Source of the DNA: a bacterium
GTDB lineage: Bacteria > Bacteroidota > Bacteroidia > NS11-12g > UBA9320
Length of the DNA: 64,000 bases
Direction of reading: 5' to 3'
Assembly (NCBI GenBank): GCA_018223105.1
Contig: JAAEYY010000009.1
Span: forward strand, 6,827-70,826
Made by a program: the position numbers and the translations under genes. This document shows positions 49,301 to 57,709 of this stretch, piece after piece. Every line of letters starts with the position of its first letter. The first letter of the stretch is position 1. The notes under the pieces were generated by a model that saw only the letters and a list, made by a program, of their open reading frames with translations, made no database searches and was not told the origin of the DNA.

Positions 49301-52300
49301 CTTTGGCTTCTTCATCTTCATAAATATCATCTGCATCATATTTTACTTTTACTAATTGCAAATCCTTCTCTTTAGAAGGGTCTACTTCCTGCGGTTCCCA
49401 AAGGAAAAGGCCGTGAGTCTGGCTGCGAGTAGGGCCAATAATTCTACTACCCTCATACGTATACGTTCCTAAATCGATTTGTTCACCCAACAAACCTGAA
49501 GGTGAAACACAGAAATCTTCATCTTCTTCTTCTTCGCTTTCCGGCTCTTCGCCACCATCTTCTCCAGAATCTGTTTCAGTGCCTTCTTTTGGTCGTTCGC
49601 GAGTTCCGCCATCGTCAGTTCCACCGGTAGTTGGCCTTTCTGTAGTGCCTCCTTCATCCACCGGAACAGGATCTTCACCCATTCGATATGCTTTCTCTTC
49701 GAGACTTTCGCCTTGTGAAATGCATTGATAACTGATCTGATCTTTGTCGTGTTCTAAAGAAGTTGTTGCTATTACAACATCTTTTGCGAGCAAAGGAGCA
49801 TCATCTGGAATTACGGCCCATTTAGGGTAAAGCAATTTGCCATCTTGATATAGCATTGCAAGGGTTCGCGGTTCATTTCCAACCACAACTCCATTTACTA
49901 CTGGTGGATCTAGTTTATCGTTACTGATTACCGGATAGCACTTAGCAGAGTCGCGATCCAAACCTCCATTTCCACTTGCATCAGGACCCAACATTGAAGG
50001 TTTTCTTGCGATGTACTTTAAAGTAACAAGCTCAGTTTTTGCTGCATCCTTTTCACGCCATTCATCTATTTTATCGTCTCTAGCGGTAATCTGAATTTGA
50101 GTGTTGAAGGTAGTGTGTTCAAAGTAGAAAAAGATGAAGTCTTCCAGTTCCTTTTTTGCCTTTTTAAGCTCTTCCTTGGCCCTATCCAATTGCTTATTTA
50201 TCTTATCTTCTTCTTCTTTCTTTTCATTTAAATCAAACTGAATATCGGCTTTAGCTTTTTCCTTTTCTTTCTCAAGATTCTTTATTTTTTCACCAATTTC
50301 TTTGAGTTCTTTTTGAGCCTTTTGTAGGTCTTCATCCTTTTGCATCAGGCTATCAACATTAGCTCTGTCCGGATCGTCTTCCCCAATTTTAACTTCCTCT
50401 AATTTCTTTTGCTCTTTCTCGGCATCCAGTTTCAGGGCATTCTTTTGCTCTAGGTTTTGTTCTTTTTCATACAGTGTATTACGCCTTGCACCTTGTGCTA
50501 AATTCAAAGTAAAATGTCGCTCATCTTCCTCTGCAATTTGTTTATTCAGTGCTTCAATTCGCTCCTTAATTTTCCTCAAGTCAGCTGCCATTTCACCAAG
50601 AACACTGACATAAAATCGAATTTGCTCTCTTGTTTCTTCCAAATCACCTTCAAGAGAATTTAATGTTTTCCTTGATGCTGCAATTCCTGCAATATCATCT
50701 TTAGCAGATGCTGTTGAAAGTGCATTATTCGCTCTGGCGATTTCATTTACTAACCTTGTTTCGTCTTGTTTGTGCGTGCGAAGCTTGGCTGTATTATCGC
50801 TCATATTGTTTTCTCTCTGACGCTGGTCTTGAAGTTCATTATTTAAATCTTCTCGGAGCTTTTCCAGCTTCCGCCTTGAGTCTGTGATTAATGAATCGTT
50901 CTTTCGAACAAGCTCTTTATAATCCTCAAGGTCTTCCTCTGCCGTTTCAATATCTCCTTCTAGCTCCTTTAGCTCCTCTTCAAGGTCTGCCTTCCTTTTC
51001 TCTAACTCTTCACGCCGCTTCTGTTCCTCTTCCCTTGCTTCTTTTATTTTCTTTCCGGCTTCTAGCTTTTGTTTGGCTTCTGTATCTTTTGCCTCCCCTT
51101 CTTTCTTTTTAAGTTCCTCTACTTCAGAGTCTATACTCTTTATCTTCTCTAGGTTTTTCGCAATACTCACCATTTTCTTGCTCAGAAAATTCTGGTATCC
51201 TGCTTTTCTCTTTTCTGCTGCCTGAAGAGAGTCTTCTCGCTCCTTTACTTTAACAGAAAGCTCTTTGAACTTTGTTTCATCAGCAGTCCCTTTCATTAAT
51301 TCATCTACCGTTGGCGGGATATAATAAACATAAGGCCCCTCTGCTGATTTAGTGGCTGCTGTGGCTTCTTCTAACAGTCCAATTAATTTATTGCGTTCCT
51401 CTATTAATCGATCCAACTCTGCCTGGTCACTAATCAATTCATTTTTGAGTCTTTCTTTCAGCTGATCGAGTTCATCATTCTCATTCTCAAGTTCTCTGAT
51501 CTTATCACGTAAGCGTTCTATTTCACGATCGATAAGCTCAATGTCATCTTCAATAAATCCAATTTCCTTTACAAAAACTGTAGAATCTAAAAGTAACTCA
51601 GAGAGCTTTTTATACTTTTTCTCAAGTTCAATTTTTAGCTCGATTCTAATCAATTCCTTTTCCGAAAGTTCTGATGTATACTCAACTTTATTCTCCTTCG
51701 TCTTTGCTCTCCTCTTCTCTACTTTATTGTTGAATTTCGTTTGTACTCGCTCAATTTCATCTTCAAGTTCTTCTAATTGAGTTTTTGTGCTCGCTATATC
51801 TGACTCATATTCACTTATGATTCTATCATACTCAACTTGAGCTGCTTCATATGAAGCAATGGCAGCATCCAAGCTACTTTCTGCACTGCTTAGACCTTGT
51901 TCAGCACTTTCAAGTTGATCTTGTGCTGTAGCAATCTTTTCCTGAATATCAGTATCTATTATAATACCTCCTTTTATCATTGAATCTACAGATTCTTCAT
52001 AGCGCTGTGCCGATTCCAAGTAGATCTGCAAGGCTGCTTCAGCCTCATCATTTCGTCTTGCAGTTTTATCCAAATCATCATTAAACTGTTGCAAATCCGA
52101 TTTAAAACTTTCAACCTGAGAAGAACTTGGATTTGAAGTTCGGCTCAACGTTTCCGCTGCTTGATATAGAGCTAAATACTTTTCGTCGAAGTTCTTAACC
52201 GGAAAGTTTTCGTTGAAAGAACGAGCTTGCATGCTCCATTGATCCCTGCTTCTTCGGTAATAGATTAATTCAGGCTTTGAATAAAGCTCAGTATTTAAAC

Positions 52301-53570
52301 GAGTAATGGTTTGGCTATAGGTTTCTATTCCTTGTCGAGCAGCTTGATAACTCTGATTAAACTGCTTTACTTTACTCGCTTCAGATGTGATTTTTTCAGA
52401 CTGTGAAGCTAGTTCTTCCTTAAATTCTTCTTGTGACTGAAGCAGTTTATCTTTTAAGCTTTTACTACGTTCATTAAGCTGCCCCAGTTCATTTAACAAT
52501 GCTATCTCGGAGGCTGTGTGCTGATCTCCTAACAGCGCTAAAAGAGTATCAATCCTAGTTTGAACAAGTGTGATACTGTCTACTTTCACTTGAATCTTTA
52601 AGCGAACCGTTCTAATCTCTTCATGGAGCTTCTTCTGCTCAGTTTTTAGGGAGTCTTGAGTTCTTACATAAACGGTTTTTTGAGAGTCGAGCCGTTCTAT
52701 CTGTTTTTCGTACTCTTTGATTTTTTGTTTATTGACTTCCTTCTGCCGATCTATCCCTGAATCAACTTGAAATTGTTTATCTGCAATAGATTGCTGCAGA
52801 TCAGCAATTTGCCTTTCGAGATCTTCCAAAGCAGCATTTAAGCTATCGACCTTCTTTCGTTTAAATGGATCACCAAGAGAGCCCTTGCCGAGTAAAACCC
52901 ACTTAAAACTGCTCACCGCATCTTCGTAATATCGTACTTCGGTTCCTGCATCATCAGAGCAACCTTCACATTTAAACGTCACCTTATCATAATCCACACC
53001 TTCTGCTCGAATAGGTAGTGCTCGGGGATACATAAAAGTCTCTTCACTAGCAATACTGACACCCAGCGAAATTGTATTTTCAGGTTTCACTTCTTTCACA
53101 ATTTGCTGGCAGCCTGCAGGAGTATCACAAGGATTTTCTATTTCAATAAAAAGTCCCGAACCTGTTGATAGCTCAAAGGTTTGAGGTGGCGACCAAGTAC
53201 TCAACTCACTTCCCGAAGTACCACTTGTATTGCTCCTTACACTCCAAACGTAGGTTCCATCGAAAAGTTCCATTCTTTCGTTAATATAGAAAAATGGATC
53301 CATGCTGTACTCTACGTAGACAGGATGATTCACCCGAAATGCTGTTAGCGGGTCTTGACAAGGATAAACCGGGTAAAAGGCAATCTGATACGAAGCAAAC
53401 TCATCTGCAGCAGCAGTCCAGCTAAAAATAGTGCCTCTAAGCTGCCCATCACTACCTATTACTTCTCCGTCAAAAGGAGTCAAAATAATAGGTTGATTCT
53501 CAACCTGAGCAAAAGAATGTACTGACAAGCATATCAAACAGAAAATAATGATATGTTTCAAGCTCATCAT
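46326..53570 (-). CDS. 2414-aa secreted giant protein: Ig/FN3-like N-terminus, heptad-rich segment of about 900 aa, acidic linker, beta-rich C-terminal region of about 1000 aa; no recognisable family
   Basis: One uninterrupted ORF with signal peptide IIIFCLICLSVHSFAQ. Residues about 238-1143 are rich in E, K, L and Q with heptad-like spacing. The linker reads GGTTERPTTGGTDDGGTRERP...EEEEDEDF. The C-terminus has an alternating-hydrophobic strand pattern. ATGA overlaps occur at both ends. Confidence 0.8.
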   Translation of the reverse strand: MMSLKHIIIFCLICLSVHSFAQVENQPIILTPFDGEVIGSDGQLRGTIFSWTAAADEFASYQIAFYPVYPCQDPLTAFRVNHPVYVEYSMDPFFYINERMELFDGTYVWSVRSNTSGTSGSELSTWSPPQTFELSTGSGLFIEIENPCDTPAGCQQIVKEVKPENTISLGVSIASEETFMYPRALPIRAEGVDYDKVTFKCEGCSDDAGTEVRYYEDAVSSFKWVLLGKGSLGDPFKRKKVDSLNAALEDLERQIADLQQSIADKQFQVDSGIDRQKEVNKQKIKEYEKQIERLDSQKTVYVRTQDSLKTEQKKLHEEIRTVRLKIQVKVDSITLVQTRIDTLLALLGDQHTASEIALLNELGQLNERSKSLKDKLLQSQEEFKEELASQSEKITSEASKVKQFNQSYQAARQGIETYSQTITRLNTELYSKPELIYYRRSRDQWSMQARSFNENFPVKNFDEKYLALYQAAETLSRTSNPSSSQVESFKSDLQQFNDDLDKTARRNDEAEAALQIYLESAQRYEESVDSMIKGGIIIDTDIQEKIATAQDQLESAEQGLSSAESSLDAAIASYEAAQVEYDRIISEYESDIASTKTQLEELEDEIERVQTKFNNKVEKRRAKTKENKVEYTSELSEKELIRIELKIELEKKYKKLSELLLDSTVFVKEIGFIEDDIELIDREIERLRDKIRELENENDELDQLKERLKNELISDQAELDRLIEERNKLIGLLEEATAATKSAEGPYVYYIPPTVDELMKGTADETKFKELSVKVKEREDSLQAAEKRKAGYQNFLSKKMVSIAKNLEKIKSIDSEVEELKKKEGEAKDTEAKQKLEAGKKIKEAREEEQKRREELEKRKADLEEELKELEGDIETAEEDLEDYKELVRKNDSLITDSRRKLEKLREDLNNELQDQRQRENNMSDNTAKLRTHKQDETRLVNEIARANNALSTASAKDDIAGIAASRKTLNSLEGDLEETREQIRFYVSVLGEMAADLRKIKERIEALNKQIAEEDERHFTLNLAQGARRNTLYEKEQNLEQKNALKLDAEKEQKKLEEVKIGEDDPDRANVDSLMQKDEDLQKAQKELKEIGEKIKNLEKEKEKAKADIQFDLNEKKEEEDKINKQLDRAKEELKKAKKELEDFIFFYFEHTTFNTQIQITARDDKIDEWREKDAAKTELVTLKYIARKPSMLGPDASGNGGLDRDSAKCYPVISNDKLDPPVVNGVVVGNEPRTLAMLYQDGKLLYPKWAVIPDDAPLLAKDVVIATTSLEHDKDQISYQCISQGESLEEKAYRMGEDPVPVDEGGTTERPTTGGTDDGGTRERPKEGTETDSGEDGGEEPESEEEEDEDFCVSPSGLLGEQIDLGTYTYEGSRIIGPTRSQTHGLFLWEPQEVDPSKEKDLQLVKVKYDADDIYEDEEAKGKGEFEITAGVMIETTDSIEGSPEGKSKIVSRIVQGDHSGLKGETIHLEVTKTYGDATEFGFDGASTSVDKQTIEGGYLEETFFHYGKGYGKFEIVVQWKRGGKVIQEEKIEAESPLKHQFQILAYQLSKEALDEARKMIVSGNAAIDAAVAKLTGEDLEQWMIFGTQNLDHSPANQIELSFEAESPVSTEPEKEKTADFGIAYCAIKDAPEEEDFTVSSKVPEKYEDIARDYKVDGNASTKKIKQFKIGSSDNLFVIELKDDASPGEAINGTGTLSIEGLSSDLEVLNVLKKLELTIEGVELNEDEMPLATAGTVSYKSEQGKKFRVFSSFDFLIQSFGITANSGAVIKGTVKHDKIPDPVSFEAEIDPAGNFLGKISNLPEIEVKDFKLKKGASVVIDMHSDRSKDVIPYDKAFYGVVIQSAELELPKSFNRPEVDEASTLSVEDFYIAKEGFGGAISMKGQLLAMGYSGYELKLKEVAVKFERNELKEGTFAGDVTLPSPMEGEVGVKITAATNKFAASVSTDKPIQLPQFRTTFVLREAAIDYDGEKEVGTLVLSALINSTKFGDIAITGFKMNSKGEVETESITVEKDIEIGSGFTMNLRELGFKFKDRNDYSLKFDGKVDFKGIVALDAIATVKSGPTLTFDKLGIEFDKGPVSFKGEFTYAESVFEGEFGINIKKFDKGLEGYVIVGSQPISVEESYMYWYTELSARFPIIIGTTGFSILELGGGLGYNYSPPIGNQEGAPLRDGGFAIKAIVGVGNSPSGEVLEGRMEMTYVAGNFSLYGKAWALSQEESIYGEGQINIRNLSTSAQVDGYIGAFIGLPNAEGALFLARGRINFSYPANSGRLVWTEQIEAALIQVVKADASLTISETDVDMRGRLYYDVNKSLTLGFGSLNASFDLEASLQLKYVYKTKTGTANPALAGTWDVNAEAFDRSFDLLSGSVSISDAEIKITPSQISISGTSSMSYKVLWYEDNAEFEIDYTANI

Positions 53571-55288
53571 AATTTATATGTAACTGCGGCCCTTAGCAAG
53601 AACTCTCGAAACGCCGGAGCTTCCGGAATAATTCCATTTTTAATGTAATGTGTACTCAAGCCCAAACTACTGCTAATTTTAGAGTTTACTCTATATCTTG
53701 CACCACACTGAAATACCCTTCTCGAACCTGTTTTTGTTAGTTCATTCATGATATTGCTTTTTGCATTTGTGAAAGTAAATCTAATGTAGGGTGAGAGAGG
53801 AATTGATTCGAATCTTCTGGTAGCGTTTAAGGTGATGGTTGTATTGCGAAATAGTTTGGCTTGTGGTCTGGCGCTCGTAAATGAGTTTATCGAAACACCT
53901 CCGCTATATTGCTCATATACTGCTCGGTAAACTATGCCAAAATTGGTCGTACGAATTTGATTGACAGTGGGTAAAAAATCGCTTGAATTTTTATAGGTAC
54001 TCAGGCCAAAGATTCCTGTAATGGTATGCTTGATATCCATCCATTCCATAAGATACGTAGGCATAATGCGAATCACTTGATTGAATGTATTTATCCTTTG
54101 CCCTGTTGCAAGTTCACCATTAACAGCATTGAACGCATATGCTCCGTTTACAAAGAGGTGTTTATTGTATTTATAGGTTCCTGCGTACTTCAGATTTGGA
54201 ATGATTAATCCGGGTATTAGTGGGTCTGATATATTACTTCCCAAAAAGCCGAAATTAATATTGGATTGCAGTGCATTTTCAAAAAGGGAAAAACTTGGAT
54301 TCACTTCTACTCTGAGCAAATCAGACTGCATGAAAGGATATGCTAATGTTCTGAAATTCCTACTTTTCCATTCAAGTTTATTTTTCAGTTTAAATTTCTC
54401 AAATTGATGCTGACTTCTGCTTAACAAACCAAATCCGGCAAAGACATTGGTTGAAGGTATAAGTATCGACGGGACACTAAATTCTCTTAGCGTATCCGTG
54501 GCTAAGGTGTTTGGAGCATACGCTGTATTTGCTAGTTCCAGAAATAGTCGGTGTTTTTGATTGATCTTATAGTTCCCGTTTACTGCAAGTGCAGCACTGC
54601 GTTCAGGACGAGTAAACATTGGTACACTATCAAGTGAGTTCTTGTTATCTCCTACAAGAGATAGACTTACACTTATTAAAAGATCTTCGCTTAGATTACG
54701 ACCAAAACTCACTGCATTCAAACTTCTTCTGTATGTTGATCGAGTATTAAATGCATTGCCCACTACTAATGGTTGGATCATTCCACGTTGAGCTGCAATG
54801 CTCCATGCACCGGCATCATAGCCAAAACCTAAACCAAAAACTTTAATATCACCACTAGATAACTCGCTGTACGGTTGAATAAAATGGCCAATATGAAATT
54901 CAAAGTTCTTGTATTTTGGATTGAGATAAATTCTGTTTACCGGATGACTTAAATATTCTAAAATAGTTAAGGACTTTGGACCTTCTGCAGGAGTGTTAAC
55001 TCCAAATGCATTGACCTGAACCACAGGTCTTAGATAAAGTTGAATTGGAATATCAAAGCCTTTAGCGAGGTGTAGGTTATAAATACCCGAGAATTGAGGA
55101 AGATGTTTGGGTTGTCTTATATTCCCTGTTCCATTGTTAATGGATTGAGTATTGTAAAACTGGTAGTGAAAATTTGTAGTACCTGTTAGCCTTGATCCTC
55201 CTCCCAAGTTGAGTTGAGCAAGTGCTTCCCATTGTAATAAGACTAAGACAAGTAGGAAATATAATCTATGTTGTTTTCTCAACAACAA
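53567..55288 (-). CDS. Orphan predicted outer-membrane beta-barrel protein, first gene of the giant-protein operon
   Basis: Signal peptide (RLYFLLVLVLLQWEALAQ). 550 aa rich in Gly, Asn and aromatics, with alternating strands and no TM helices. The start appears to be TTG. The stop overlaps the giant gene's start (ATGA). Confidence 0.65.
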   Translation of the reverse strand: MLLRKQHRLYFLLVLVLLQWEALAQLNLGGGSRLTGTTNFHYQFYNTQSINNGTGNIRQPKHLPQFSGIYNLHLAKGFDIPIQLYLRPVVQVNAFGVNTPAEGPKSLTILEYLSHPVNRIYLNPKYKNFEFHIGHFIQPYSELSSGDIKVFGLGFGYDAGAWSIAAQRGMIQPLVVGNAFNTRSTYRRSLNAVSFGRNLSEDLLISVSLSLVGDNKNSLDSVPMFTRPERSAALAVNGNYKINQKHRLFLELANTAYAPNTLATDTLREFSVPSILIPSTNVFAGFGLLSRSQHQFEKFKLKNKLEWKSRNFRTLAYPFMQSDLLRVEVNPSFSLFENALQSNINFGFLGSNISDPLIPGLIIPNLKYAGTYKYNKHLFVNGAYAFNAVNGELATGQRINTFNQVIRIMPTYLMEWMDIKHTITGIFGLSTYKNSSDFLPTVNQIRTTNFGIVYRAVYEQYSGGVSINSFTSARPQAKLFRNTTITLNATRRFESIPLSPYIRFTFTNAKSNIMNELTKTGSRRVFQCGARYRVNSKISSSLGLSTHYIKNGIIPEAPAFREFLLRAAVTYKL

Positions 55289-55401
55289 GGGTAAAAAGAG
55301 TTAGTTAGCTCATCGAATTTAGTGATTTCAATTCATATTCAATATAAACTTTGCATTAACATTTCAAATTGAGTTGATTTGCTTAGTCTTGCAAGGAGAT
55401 T

Positions 55402-56331
55402 ATGGAAAACAGTAATCAGGAATGGTACGAAAAGCTGAAGGAGAAGTATGATGCTATCAATCAGGATGTTGATGCGCATTTAGAGGGCCTTCTATGGAGT
55501 AAACCCATCACGTATTGGGATTATATTCAAACTGAAAGTTTATTAAGTCTACAAAAACAGAGAACTGTGTTTCCCGACGAGATGGTGTTTATCATGTACC
55601 ATCAGATCAATGAATTATTATTTAAAATGATTCTTTGGGAAATCGAGCAAATTGCACATAAAGAAGAATTAAGCCCTTCTTTCTTTGCTGCGCGATTAGG
55701 ACGAGTGAGTCGCTATTTTGACATGCTTTCTTCATCTTTTGACATCATGAAAGATGGCATGGAGGTAGAACAGTATCAGAAGTTTAGATTCACATTAACT
55801 CCTGCTTCCGGATTCCAGTCGGCTCAATATAGAATGATTGAATTCGCCTCTACAGAGCTAATCAATTTAATTGATGCTCGATTTAGAGACGGTATTAACA
55901 GAAAAACTCCTTATGAACATGCTTACAATCATCTGTATTGGCAAGCAGCAGGGAAAGATCATAAAACAGGCAAGAAATCGACCTTAATTACGCTGTTCGA
56001 GGAGAAGTACAAGGACGAGTTCCTTAAATTTATGGAGACCTATAACTCCGTAAATCTATGGACGAAGTATAAATCTTTGCCTGAGGATGTAAAAAATGAT
56101 GCTGAGCTAATTCAGGCTATGCGTCATTACGATTATACTGTAAATGTTTCTTGGGTAATGTCGCATTACCACGCTGCCGGCAAGTATCTAGAATCGAAAG
56201 GCCAAGTTGCAGAAGCCACCGGTGGTAGCGACTGGAAAAAATACATGCACCCCAAATACCAAAGAAGAATGTTCTTCCCTGATTTATGGACCGAAGAAGA
56301 ACGAGCAACTTGGGGCCATGGCTTAGAGTAA
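55402..56331 (+). CDS. kynA: Tryptophan 2,3-dioxygenase family protein
   Basis: ITYWDYIQTESLLSLQKQ...DEMVFIMYHQINELLFKMILWEI matches the TDO helix B/C signature. Confidence 0.85.
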   Translation: MENSNQEWYEKLKEKYDAINQDVDAHLEGLLWSKPITYWDYIQTESLLSLQKQRTVFPDEMVFIMYHQINELLFKMILWEIEQIAHKEELSPSFFAARLGRVSRYFDMLSSSFDIMKDGMEVEQYQKFRFTLTPASGFQSAQYRMIEFASTELINLIDARFRDGINRKTPYEHAYNHLYWQAAGKDHKTGKKSTLITLFEEKYKDEFLKFMETYNSVNLWTKYKSLPEDVKNDAELIQAMRHYDYTVNVSWVMSHYHAAGKYLESKGQVAEATGGSDWKKYMHPKYQRRMFFPDLWTEEERATWGHGLE

Positions 56332-57648
56332 CTCGTTGGCCAGATTTGCCAACTCAGATCGCTCTCCTTTTTCAAGGTTTACATGCGCAAATAATGGGTG
56401 ATTTTTCACCTTATCAATAAGGTATGAAAGGCCATTACTTTCCGCGTCAAGATATGGTGTATCTATCTGATTGATATCGCCGGTAAATACAATTTTGGTG
56501 TTTTCCCCTGCCCTGGTAACTATGGTTTTTATTTCATGAGGAGTTAGGTTTTGAGCCTCATCAATAATAAAGAACACATTAGCTAAAGTTCTACCTCTGA
56601 TATAAGCGAGCGGCGCAATTGCTATCTTTTCGGTTTCCACCATCTCGTTTATACGTTTAAATTCAGTATCCTTCTCGTTATACTGAGATTTAATAAACTT
56701 GAGATTATCCCAAATGGGTTGCATGTAAGGATCTATCTTCGACTTCACATCTCCCGGTAAATACCCAATATCCTTGTTACTAAGTGGAACAATTGGGCGT
56801 GTTACATAGATCTGTTGGAAACTACTTCGCTGCTCCAAAGCAGACGCTATAGCCAATAATGTCTTCCCGGTTCCTGCTACCCCTCTTAACGTCACTAATT
56901 TGATCTCCGGATTCATTAATGCATGTAAGGCAAATGCCTGTTCTGCATTTTTAGGCGTGATTTTATAAATCGTCTTCTTCTCAATTCGTTCAATATGATC
57001 AACGGTCTGATTATAATAAGCCAAGGCTGATTTCCTTCCATTTTTCATTACTAAGTAATGATTATATGGAAAGTTCTCTTTGGTTACCTCTTTGAGATCA
57101 ATTGTGTTCTTACTGAATAGTTTATCTATGGTTTCACTTACACATGAGAGCTCAGACATACCGGTGTAAAGCTGCTCTAGATCTTTAACTTTACCTGTTT
57201 CATAATCTTCACTTTGAAGGTTCAGTGATTTAGCTTTCACTCTCAAACAGATGTCTTTAGACACCAATACCACCTTTGTTCTGGGATGCTGTACTTGCAT
57301 CTCAAGAGCAGCGTTTATAATTTTATTATCGTTCTTTCTTTCATCGAAATTACTTCCTGCAGCACCAATATGATTTGCAGTACTCATTATCACTTTAAAC
57401 TTACCTTTTCCTTTACCCGGTAATTTTACCCATTCATTTAGTAAAGTTTCTTTTCCTAATTCATTCAGTAATCTAATAAAGCTCCTCGCTTCGAAATTGA
57501 TGGTGTCATTTCCTTTTTTGAAATTATCCAATTCCTCCAATACCTGGATTGGGATCGCCACATCATTATCTTCAAAATTGAGCAGTGAATTATGATCGTA
57601 TAGTATCACCGAAGTGTCTAGAATGAAAATCTTCTTTTTTGTTGCCAT
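56323..57648 (-). CDS. PIN-domain/PhoH-like ATPase (PhoH2/YlaK type)
   Basis: N-terminal PIN domain (FILDTSVILYD...QVLEELD). Walker A GVAGTGKTLLA. PhoH motifs FIIDEAQNLT and IVFTGD. Confidence 0.9.
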   Translation of the reverse strand: MATKKKIFILDTSVILYDHNSLLNFEDNDVAIPIQVLEELDNFKKGNDTINFEARSFIRLLNELGKETLLNEWVKLPGKGKGKFKVIMSTANHIGAAGSNFDERKNDNKIINAALEMQVQHPRTKVVLVSKDICLRVKAKSLNLQSEDYETGKVKDLEQLYTGMSELSCVSETIDKLFSKNTIDLKEVTKENFPYNHYLVMKNGRKSALAYYNQTVDHIERIEKKTIYKITPKNAEQAFALHALMNPEIKLVTLRGVAGTGKTLLAIASALEQRSSFQQIYVTRPIVPLSNKDIGYLPGDVKSKIDPYMQPIWDNLKFIKSQYNEKDTEFKRINEMVETEKIAIAPLAYIRGRTLANVFFIIDEAQNLTPHEIKTIVTRAGENTKIVFTGDINQIDTPYLDAESNGLSYLIDKVKNHPLFAHVNLEKGERSELANLANELL

Positions 57649-57709
57649 CTTACCTGATCAGGCAATTTAGCAGCTAATAGATGCCTTTCCAAACATGTTA
57701 CTTCAATGT

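Noticed and set aside
47214-51780. Numerous 60-82-aa plus-strand ORFs (for example 47214-47405, 48367-48606, 50891-51112, 51541-51780)
   Set aside because: All are antisense to the giant gene. The Ser/Leu/Phe-rich products are the expected mirror of an E/K-rich coding strand.
46326-53570. Giant heptad-rich protein as an SMC/Rad50/defence ATPase
   Set aside because: It has a cleavable Sec signal peptide, and I found no Walker A (GxxxxGK[ST]) or ABC signature anywhere in the 2414 residues.
46326-55288. Straightforward TamA/TamB or TpsB/TpsA annotation
   Set aside because: The gene order and sizes fit. However, I could not see POTRA repeats in the barrel, a TPS domain or N-terminal membrane anchor in the giant protein, or a DUF490-like C-terminus. 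I kept it as an analogy to be tested, not as a call.
56323-57648. PIN-PhoH protein as a toxin or defence gene
   Set aside because: This fusion (PhoH2/YlaK type) is widely conserved as a single housekeeping-like gene. No antitoxin partner is adjacent.
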